From Bacteroidia bacterium (GTDB lineage: Bacteria > Bacteroidota > Bacteroidia > NS11-12g > UBA9320), in contig JAEPQQ010000003.1 of assembly GCA_017640445.1 (NCBI GenBank), forward strand, positions 42,543 to 106,542: a stretch of 64,000 nt of DNA, given 5' to 3'. The notes under the pieces were generated by a model that was not told where the DNA came from, did no database searches, and saw nothing but the letters and a program-made list of their open reading frames with translations. Below, piece by piece: positions 49,542 to 57,642 of this stretch. The position numbers were made by a program, and so were the translations under genes. How positions within the stretch are numbered: the first letter of the stretch is position 1; each line of letters starts with the position of its first letter.

Positions 49542-50057
49542 ATGGATACTTTTTTATCACTACTTGTCGGTTTCGTTATTGGGATTCTGTTCTTTGCCTG
49601 GGACAACAAAAAAGGATATGTGTGGTACAAACGTTGGTACGACCTAAGCCATAAAACACCCCTGGATTCGGACAATGTTTACAGTTTTATAAACAACCAG
49701 CCGTTTTCAAAGAGGCTGGTTCCTGCAATCATCTTAACCGTTCTTTTCGCCTGGGGCTCGTGGTTATTAGGTGACCTAAACCTCATTATTACGCTGGTTA
49801 CCGGTATGCTTTCACTGGTTGGTGTGATAGCCGGTTTCTACGTTGGCCCGATGGTTATGAACAAATTACCTAAAGGTTTAAAAGAGGCAAATAAAACCCT
49901 TAAGAAGATTGACGAATTAGAGAAAGACCTTCTCGACGACCAAAAAGAACCGAAACCGCAACAACCCCAGGCTCCTGAACAAAGCTCAAGCGACAAAACC
50001 GACGACAAAAAAGATACCGATTGGAGAAAAGGTGTTCAGGATTTTCTTGATAAATAA
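49542..50057 (+). CDS. Small membrane protein (about 3 TM) with charged C-terminal tail
   Basis: Three hydrophobic segments; acidic/polar tail ending in amphipathic DWRKGVQDFLDK. Confidence 0.7.
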   Translation: MDTFLSLLVGFVIGILFFAWDNKKGYVWYKRWYDLSHKTPLDSDNVYSFINNQPFSKRLVPAIILTVLFAWGSWLLGDLNLIITLVTGMLSLVGVIAGFYVGPMVMNKLPKGLKEANKTLKKIDELEKDLLDDQKEPKPQQPQAPEQSSSDKTDDKKDTDWRKGVQDFLDK

Positions 50058-50068
50058 CAAAACCACAC

Positions 50069-51658
50069 ATGGAAGAAACCACCGAACAACAAAACAACAG
50101 ACTCTATTGGATTGTCGTAAATCTACGAACCAGAATTTCGACAGCCTTAAAGAAATTCATTAAGAAACGTCCCATCCTTTCCGGGATTGTGATGTTGGTA
50201 ATTGCCTACTTCATCTTTACCGGACGCAGTGGAATTCAACCCGCGTTTCTGTTAATTCGGAAGTTCTTCTTATTGGCGTTGCTGTCGTTGGTGATTTTGT
50301 GGTGGTATTTTAAGGGGTGGAAAACACGTACCAACAGGGGCAACATAATCGGAACGATCTTCCTGCTTGGTTTTGCTGCGTTTAGCTATTTCATTGGACC
50401 AGGTCTGTTTCGATACCTGAGCCTTTATACGCACTACACCAAGCTCGAAAAGGTGGCTTTGACCGAACTGCCCCCTACTGGATTTGAACGGATTCAACCC
50501 ATCAATTCAGTTAGTACCTTAATTAATCAGGAAGCACTGCGGGAAACCGAAGATGCAACACCTCCACGGTTCATGAGAGGTAAAGACGGTAGATATTATT
50601 ACAGTTGTGCTGTTGGACCAGCGAAAGAATATAAGATTCAACAGGTGAGCAAGAATATGTACAAGGTCATTTTTGTACCATCCGACCTACCGGCTCCTGT
50701 GTTCTCTGGCAAATACCGTTCGGATGTAAGTTTTGACATTGGTGAACTTCTCTTGTTCAGTAAAAAGACAACAAGTGCCGTTATCAAAAGATTTACACCG
50801 TTGCAATTCCTAAACTACGAGCCAGCCGAACCGCTTTTTCTTCAAAACGACGAAGGTAAATGGGTTCAGGTGGTCCCTCTCATCAAATGGAGAGGCTTTC
50901 TGTTTCCAAGACCCGTCTTTGGTGGGGTGATGGTTATTGAGGATAAGTCAACCTCGAAAGGCTATTTCTCAAGGGTATTTTTTGGCAAGGGAACGTTCAT
51001 CCCAAAAGCTGAAATTTCCAAGCACCCTTATCTGGTTGGGCAAAACCTCATTCCAAAACAAGTTGCACGGTTTGTTGCCGAAAGCTTTCGCTTTGCCAAT
51101 GGCTTCTTTGCCCCAATGCCTTACTACCATGAGGGTGACATACGTATTCCACACCTGCCAAACGACGTAAACCCACAACCGTTTGTTACCTACTTCAATG
51201 TTCCGGGCGCTCCTAAACTGTACAACTTCTTTGGGCTCGAACCGTATCAGGAAACCAAGAAAGGGCTTAGCCTTAGTCTTCTCATTCCAGGTGACGACGA
51301 TGAACGGGTGTTCTACATGGATCATCGCCAATCGGAAAACACCTATATCGGAAGCAGTGCCATCTCTGCAAAAATTATTGAAAGCAAAAAGAACTACGAC
51401 TGGAGCAAGAACTACCCGGCTGAAAGTCGTCCGTTTGTTCGAAAAGTTGATGGAAAGTCAAGGTTTATGTGGTTAAGCACCATTGTAACAAAGGCTGGCG
51501 ATCAGGGAGAGTACATCGGTGGTAGTATACCGGAACTTACTCTAACGGATGCCACCCATGGGAAAGTGGTCTGGATCAATTCCGACTCCCTCATCAACAA
51601 CGATAGTTGGATCCATCTGGCTGAAGAGGAATTGCAGGAATATTGGCGAAAAGAATGA
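50069..51658 (+). CDS. Membrane protein (3 N-terminal TM) with large extracytoplasmic domain, unknown function
   Basis: Three hydrophobic helices, then about 400 aa of soluble Pro/Phe-rich sequence; 11 bp after the previous gene. Confidence 0.72.
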   Translation: MEETTEQQNNRLYWIVVNLRTRISTALKKFIKKRPILSGIVMLVIAYFIFTGRSGIQPAFLLIRKFFLLALLSLVILWWYFKGWKTRTNRGNIIGTIFLLGFAAFSYFIGPGLFRYLSLYTHYTKLEKVALTELPPTGFERIQPINSVSTLINQEALRETEDATPPRFMRGKDGRYYYSCAVGPAKEYKIQQVSKNMYKVIFVPSDLPAPVFSGKYRSDVSFDIGELLLFSKKTTSAVIKRFTPLQFLNYEPAEPLFLQNDEGKWVQVVPLIKWRGFLFPRPVFGGVMVIEDKSTSKGYFSRVFFGKGTFIPKAEISKHPYLVGQNLIPKQVARFVAESFRFANGFFAPMPYYHEGDIRIPHLPNDVNPQPFVTYFNVPGAPKLYNFFGLEPYQETKKGLSLSLLIPGDDDERVFYMDHRQSENTYIGSSAISAKIIESKKNYDWSKNYPAESRPFVRKVDGKSRFMWLSTIVTKAGDQGEYIGGSIPELTLTDATHGKVVWINSDSLINNDSWIHLAEEELQEYWRKE

Positions 51659-52869
51659 TTGGCCTAAGACTTGCATTAACGACTTGCCTGATGCTGACGG
51701 CTTGTTTTTCCTTTTGCCAAAAAGTCAAACGAGTTAAGCAGAAAATGGAAAACAAAACCATCAAGCACATTTATGTGAGGCAAGATGGTTTGGAACATTT
51801 GGAAACGGGCGAGTTCTACCTGATTCAAAAGAAAGACACCTTGTCGAAAGGCAGGTCTTTTGCAAATGGCCTGATTCACACCTATGCTGGTGACACCACC
51901 TGGGTCACGCATAAGGACCGACCAGAGTACAAAGGCATGATGATCAACGGTAAAAAAGAAGGTCAATGGGTATTTGTGCATCGCCTGGGATACACAGGAC
52001 ACCTCCTCTACAAGAACGACAAACAAGTTGGTGATGTCTCATCCTTTTTTCCCAATGGCAAACCCTTTGTTCATTACCATCTCGACGACTCTTCAAAACA
52101 AGACGGACGTTTCGTTTTAATGAACGCCCAAAACGACACTGCTGCTGTCATACATTTTAAGGCCGACAAGCCACATGGCACCATGTGGACCAAATACTCC
52201 TCAGGGAACTACTTCTGCAAGGCCATATACCGGAATGGTAAGCTCTGGACCTACGATGAATTCGACTCAGAGGGTAAACTCAATCCCGAATCATCTGTAA
52301 AAGACGGTAATGGTACAGTGCTAATTAAGAGTGCCACGGAGTCCAAAACAGAACCGATCATGGAAGTACGTTTTGAAAACGGTTACCTGCACGGCCCGTC
52401 CACCAATTTTCAGGTAACCAATGGAGAGAATATGGAGTTTTACAAAAAAGGCGTTCTTGTTGAAAGCATGTACGAAAAATCAAGTGATTCCTCCACTAAC
52501 TGGTCGTCATGGTTTGCCTACATGATGTTCAAAGACAAGAGTGGTCGTTATCTGGGCTATGGACGAGCCAAATTTGGTGATACTGAATTGGAATTGGCGC
52601 TGGATCGATACGTTGATGATAACATACGCGTTCCTGACATTGCTTACGAAATGGCAAAATCGGGTCAGGTTATTGTGGAGTTTACGGTTGAACAAGATGG
52701 TAGGGTAAGCAATTTGACAATTGGATCAGACGTAAAATTAGGTTATGGGGTGGAACAGGCGTGTTTGAACGTTATTGAACAAACCAGTGGCTCGTGGCGC
52801 CCATTCACCCGGTTTGGTTTACCGCAACGAATTAGGTTTACCAAGCCAATCGGGTTTAACTTTTTCTAG
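51655..52869 (+). CDS. MORN-like repeat protein with TonB C-terminal domain
   Basis: Signal peptide; G.W..Y..NG-type repeats; C-terminal GQVIVEFTVEQDGRV...W.P....G...R.RFT.PI.F; ATGA overlap with the preceding gene. Confidence 0.75.
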   Translation: MIGLRLALTTCLMLTACFSFCQKVKRVKQKMENKTIKHIYVRQDGLEHLETGEFYLIQKKDTLSKGRSFANGLIHTYAGDTTWVTHKDRPEYKGMMINGKKEGQWVFVHRLGYTGHLLYKNDKQVGDVSSFFPNGKPFVHYHLDDSSKQDGRFVLMNAQNDTAAVIHFKADKPHGTMWTKYSSGNYFCKAIYRNGKLWTYDEFDSEGKLNPESSVKDGNGTVLIKSATESKTEPIMEVRFENGYLHGPSTNFQVTNGENMEFYKKGVLVESMYEKSSDSSTNWSSWFAYMMFKDKSGRYLGYGRAKFGDTELELALDRYVDDNIRVPDIAYEMAKSGQVIVEFTVEQDGRVSNLTIGSDVKLGYGVEQACLNVIEQTSGSWRPFTRFGLPQRIRFTKPIGFNFF

Positions 52870-54488
52870 AACACCTCAACCTTGGCATACCCCACCATAC
52901 CATTTTCAATAATGCGGATAAAGTAATGGCCCGGTTGGTTTAGCTCTACACCTACCCTGGCATTAGACGAAGTCAAGAATTTAACAATAGAGCCGTAGCT
53001 ATTAAATACTTCAATAACACGTTCTTCTCTCGACTCAAATTCCAATGTACAATGCCCGGAAGTTGGGTTGGGATACACTTTATGTAATCTGGGCGACACC
53101 AAATCGTTATTTCCAACAATCACATAAGTGCCACAAAAACGGTTGCTATCCAGATCCACCTCTAGTTTCCCATTCGGTGCCAGTGCCTCAAAGCACAAAT
53201 CCAGAATCGGGCCACGTTTAATACCCATAAAACGCGTTTTTGATTCAAATGTAGCTTCATCACCTGGTGCCAGGTTAAGGGAATCGAGCACCTCATAATA
53301 GATCGCATTTTGACACCAGGCAAGATGCCCTAGGTTGCAGAAGATAGCCACTGAGTGCAGTGTATCCAGGCCGACATTTTTGATTGCAAACTCTCCCTCT
53401 GCTGTAAAACTACCTACTTGGAATTCGTCAGTGGCAATGCGCCTCAATTGAGCTTGTTTTAGTTGTACATTGGGCGATGGTCTTTCGATGGGTCTTGTAC
53501 GCCAGGGTTGAGCGAACGCCATCATCTGGCCAGAGTACGAATTCCCGGTAAAAATGAACTCCGATTGGGTTCGATGAACATCGGTCACGTTACCTCCTGG
53601 ATTCTGATACATAATAGTGTTCCAGGATGAGTTGGTTTGTTCATGGAGCACGACCTGGTTCGTATCGGCTTCTATAATAAATACGGTGGCATCAATCAGT
53701 TTGATTTTTTTAAACTCTTTGGATGCCTGAAGCAAAGTATCCCTAACGATTAGTCCGGTATCCATTCGAAGAATTGACTTATCTGTTTGAAGTAACACAT
53801 TATCTCCTTGTAACACGGCACCCTGTATTCCGCCTATGTAGGAACTGGAATCAAGTAACACACCAGAAGTATCTGCCTTATAAACGCGCTCTTCGGTTGA
53901 CAACAAAAGCGTTGAACGATCAACAAAGACCATGGCCACCAGTGGTGACCCCATATTGAGCCACCTGGCTGATCCGATCTCGCGTGCAGCTGTATCAAAC
54001 GTAAACAAAGCATTATCAACGCCAATTGCGCCCAATCCATCCCCGTTAAAATCAACCAAAATGGGTTACTCCCAGGGAGGTTTAAGGTACAAGGGTTCTG
54101 TGGTTTCCAGCGTATAGAGCTGCTTCCCATTTGGGCTATATGCGGCAAAGACCACTCGTTCATCCATAACCACATCCCCACTATTGTATTCAACCCCTAC
54201 GGTATGAATAATCGAAGGAGTAGTAAAAATGGTTCGAAAGAACGCATTTGACGTATCCCTGGATGTTAAATGCCACTTTTCCACACCGTTTTGAAGAGTC
54301 ACAATACCTTGATAAAAACAAGACGGAACGGACAGTTTACCTCCAACAATCAATAGAGAATCGTTAAACACAGCTGAACCCAATAGAGTGGATTTGGTAT
54401 GCGAAGTTTCTGTATCAACCCACGACCAGGACTGGCACAACGCAAGGTTGGCATACAAAACGAACAAAAAACTAAGGAAGTGTTTCAT
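52866..54488 (-). pseudogene. T9SS type A-sorted protein interrupted by an in-frame TAA
   Basis: ORF 54488-54066 (signal peptide) and ORF 54059-52866 (C-terminal VYPNP...GHYFI) are in the same frame: ...PPWE-TAA-P-I-L-V-D-F... Confidence 0.7.
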
Positions 54489-54565
54489 GGTATCAAAAGT
54501 GTACGAAAGCTTCTCCGAAGATACGGCTTCCGAATATCACAGGCCGTCAGTTGGTTGTCATATAC

Positions 54566-54593
54566 AAAAAAGGCCCGACAATGTCGAGCCTTT
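54566..54593 (-). terminator. Rho-independent terminator at the island boundary
   Basis: Minus strand AAAGGCTCGACA-T-TGTCGGGCC followed by a T run. Confidence 0.7.
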
Positions 54594-54767
54594 CTGTGGT
54601 GTGGGGCGTACCACAACCATTTTATTTTATTTGACTACATTGTACTATTAAAGCCTAAAAATACAAATAATCTTCATATTAACAACACAATACAATCACA
54701 TCACATACATGTTGTTCGTCCCCAATATTGTCCCCCATTTGGATATATCATATATTTGCGGGGACAA

Positions 54768-56081
54768 ATGAACGTAATTAACATCCCAAATCCTACCATA
54801 AGTTTTCACCCTAAAAATCTCAAGGCCAAATCAAACACTGTACTTTACGCCAGGGTTTATTGGAAAGGGCAAGATTTTAAAGTTTATACCAACTCAAAAG
54901 TAGACCCCATCAAATGGAAGGAACATAAACGAAAATCCAAAAAGTCCGACTTTGATAGTCTTTTTGGAAAAACTTCCATCTATGGTGATCTAAACACAAT
55001 AAGAAATCAAATCATTAATGCATTCGAATTATATAAAGCTCAAGTGATTAATACGGGCAACGAATTTGTATTCAACGAATTCAAATCTTTATGCAGGGAC
55101 AATCTTACTAAAGACAAAAATGTTCAGCGCGGAGATTACCGAACTGACCTAATTGCTTTTGCTAAACACTATTACGCAGAACTTAACGGCCATAGGGCAA
55201 AAGGAACGCTAAAAACGTATAATACATTAATCACTCAGCTAGAAGCATTCAAAGAGACTAGTAACAAACTGTCTTTCGACCTGAAGGACATTGACCTTAA
55301 GTTCTATCATGAATTTGTTTCTTTCTTGTACTCTATCCCTACTCCTACCAAAACTCCAGTCAAAGCAAACACAGTAGGTAAGAAAGTCGCAATTCTTAAG
55401 GCATTTTTAAGGGAGTCGCATGACCGTGGCTATCACAACAACACTGCATACCTCAAAAGCAGTTTCAAAACACCAAGAGAAGAGGTGGATTCTGTTGTAC
55501 TATCTCCAGAACAGGTTCAAACAATTTCCAATTTGGACTTGAAAGAACACCCTGGTCTTTCTGCGGTTCGAGACATCTTTATTTTCAACGTAAAATGTGG
55601 CCTTAGGTATAGCGACCTACAAACCATAACACGTGACATTATGATTGTTGACAGTAACGACAATAGGCAGCTAAGAATCAAATCACAGAAAACTGGTAAG
55701 GACATCCTCCTTCCGTTGATTCCTGAAGCCCATGAAATTTGGGCACGATATGACTACAAATTCCCACATATATGGCCTCAGAAGTTTAATAAAAAGATCA
55801 AGACAATAGCAAAGTTGGCTGAGCTTCAAGATAATTTTTCAGTAGAACGGACTAGTGCCAAAAATGTAAAAACCAGAGAGACACGTCCTTTCTGTGACTG
55901 GATATGCACGCATACAATGAGAAGGACCTGGGCTACTACAGAGTATCGCAGTGGAATCCCTTTATACATAATATCTCGACTTTTGGGGCATAGCTCCGAA
56001 AAGGTCACTAGAAGATACTTAAAGATTGACCTTGACCAAGTAGCATCAGATTATTTCAGTTATAAGAAAAAAAATGACTGA
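54768..56081 (+). CDS. Tyrosine recombinase/integrase (arm-binding + SAM-like + catalytic domains)
   Basis: GLRYSD (R), SQKT (K), HTMRR (HxxR), LGHS, RYL (Y). Start at ATG 54768 after TATATTTG; the ORF-track extension to 54399 is judged spurious. Confidence 0.93.
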   Translation: MNVINIPNPTISFHPKNLKAKSNTVLYARVYWKGQDFKVYTNSKVDPIKWKEHKRKSKKSDFDSLFGKTSIYGDLNTIRNQIINAFELYKAQVINTGNEFVFNEFKSLCRDNLTKDKNVQRGDYRTDLIAFAKHYYAELNGHRAKGTLKTYNTLITQLEAFKETSNKLSFDLKDIDLKFYHEFVSFLYSIPTPTKTPVKANTVGKKVAILKAFLRESHDRGYHNNTAYLKSSFKTPREEVDSVVLSPEQVQTISNLDLKEHPGLSAVRDIFIFNVKCGLRYSDLQTITRDIMIVDSNDNRQLRIKSQKTGKDILLPLIPEAHEIWARYDYKFPHIWPQKFNKKIKTIAKLAELQDNFSVERTSAKNVKTRETRPFCDWICTHTMRRTWATTEYRSGIPLYIISRLLGHSSEKVTRRYLKIDLDQVASDYFSYKKKND

Positions 56082-57018
56082 GTATCAAATAAAATATGAC
56101 CCTTACCGTTTTAATTCGTTTAAAGAAGGTGAGTCAGAACTAATAACAAGTTATGGATCTTTTCCTAGACAGAGCGCTTTAGAAATGTTTCTCGCAATGG
56201 TCTTTGTATCATTCAATCCAGATGCGTCATATAGTATTATCTCCCCTTTAAAACGCAGCATCACAAATCTTCATGACGGCTACACATTTCATCCACCTAC
56301 AGTTTTGAGCAATAATGAATTAAAACCCACCCAAATTGAAATTGACATAGTGAACTCGTCCAGATTTGAAGAAATGATCGATCAAATATTCTACAAAACT
56401 GACTCAAGGCTCAACCTCTTTTGTTCAAAATATGGTCCTAACCATCCTGGGCAGTTAAGTTCTGTATTGTCCCAACTGGAAAATCTACTTTGTAGTGATA
56501 TCTATCCTCCCGAACAAAGTAATCTCCCCAAAATTGATGTTAAGTTATTTGACACTAAACGACTCATTGGAATCATGAGTGATAGGCAAGCTGAATTAAG
56601 AGGGGGATTGCACAAACAAAGAAAATATTATTGCCACTCATTTGTCAAAACTGAGGCCATAGAAATTTTTGAATTCAACAAATATGAAACTTTTATTAGG
56701 TTCGAATCTTTACACCTCAATGGCAGGTTTATCAACCTTCAGACCAAGAAATGGTTAAAAGGTGATACTGAATTTATATGTCTTTGTCTAGCTGTTGTTC
56801 AAAAGAATTACATTTTCAAACCAATACTCAATAAAGGAATCAGAAATAACAACAGGCTGCACAATGTAATTGCATATTATGAAAAAAGGTATAATTACAA
56901 ATTAGGGCCAAACTTAAGAAAGCCCTCTCAGTATGAAAAGCGATTTGGCAAATATGCTCCGCAGAGTAAAAAAGCTGAGTTTCGTGAGCCGTACTCCTAT
57001 CTCGTGAGTTACGTTTAA
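56074..57018 (+). CDS. Hypothetical protein translationally coupled to the integrase
   Basis: 314-aa ORF overlapping the integrase stop; no recognisable motif. Confidence 0.6.
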   Translation: MTEYQIKYDPYRFNSFKEGESELITSYGSFPRQSALEMFLAMVFVSFNPDASYSIISPLKRSITNLHDGYTFHPPTVLSNNELKPTQIEIDIVNSSRFEEMIDQIFYKTDSRLNLFCSKYGPNHPGQLSSVLSQLENLLCSDIYPPEQSNLPKIDVKLFDTKRLIGIMSDRQAELRGGLHKQRKYYCHSFVKTEAIEIFEFNKYETFIRFESLHLNGRFINLQTKKWLKGDTEFICLCLAVVQKNYIFKPILNKGIRNNNRLHNVIAYYEKRYNYKLGPNLRKPSQYEKRFGKYAPQSKKAEFREPYSYLVSYV

Positions 57019-57050
57019 GTTACATTTGATCTACATCTAGGTTACATATT
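57007..57050. repeat. Four tandem 11-bp repeats (core GTTAC) upstream of the excisionase-like gene
   Basis: AGTTACGTTTA AGTTACATTTG ATCTACATCTA GGTTACATATT; a fifth copy GGTTACGTTTT at 57094. Confidence 0.75.
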
Positions 57051-57139
57051 TTCAACACACAACGAATTTATGCACATTTAACTGAGGCCTATAGGTTACG
57101 TTTTAAGAGCCCCCCTATTTTCAGAATTAAATTTGTAGT

Positions 57140-57436
57140 GTGAAAACATCACTAAATATACAACTGTCAATTGAAGAACTCAAAGAGCTAATTGAGGGCA
57201 CAGTTCGTGCATCACTTTCAGCTCTATTGAACAATACTGGTGACAATAAAATGATGTCTGTTCGACGAGTTTGTGAATATCTCGACATCTCAAAACAGAC
57301 CTATTACAATTGGGTGAAGGGTGGTATCTTAAAACCATTCTATATCGGACATAAGCCTTATATAAGGGTTCAAGAACTTCAAGACGCTATATCAACCAGC
57401 CCAGTTAAGTCACAACATCAAATTGATTTATCTTAA
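57140..57436 (+). CDS. Excisionase-like helix-turn-helix protein (HTH_17/MerR-like)
   Basis: MMSVRRVCEYLDISKQTYYNWVKGGIL.P..IG pattern; N-terminal LSIEELKELI; TAAATTTG at 57128. Confidence 0.85.
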   Translation: MKTSLNIQLSIEELKELIEGTVRASLSALLNNTGDNKMMSVRRVCEYLDISKQTYYNWVKGGILKPFYIGHKPYIRVQELQDAISTSPVKSQHQIDLS

Positions 57437-57453
57437 ATCTAATCCATAAAAAT

Positions 57454-57642
57454 ATGAAAAACATAATTCACATAGATCCTGAAGTTAGTCGATATAAATA
57501 CTTTACGATTGTTCCAGACATAAATTTCACAAGCATTATTCCTGAAGAGCTACAGAATGAAAAAAACATTGACTTTGCTATTTATTTTATAAGTCTATTG
57601 TGCAAACGAATTGGCTACTCACTTAATGGACAATCATGCTAG
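57454..57642 (+). CDS. Short ORF, possibly the frameshifted N-terminus of the next gene
   Basis: 62 aa with an AT-rich leader; overlaps 57636 in a different frame. Confidence 0.4.
   Translation: MKNIIHIDPEVSRYKYFTIVPDINFTSIIPEELQNEKNIDFAIYFISLLCKRIGYSLNGQSC

Noticed and set aside
54596-54620. Calling a specific tRNA or SRP RNA at the island edge
   Set aside because: Only a short stub with no T-loop, anticodon arm or SRP core loop; kept as an att hypothesis only.
54399-54767. 123-aa N-terminal extension of the integrase in the ORF track
   Set aside because: It runs antisense over the neighbouring gene, terminator and putative att site; a -7 box directly precedes ATG 54768.
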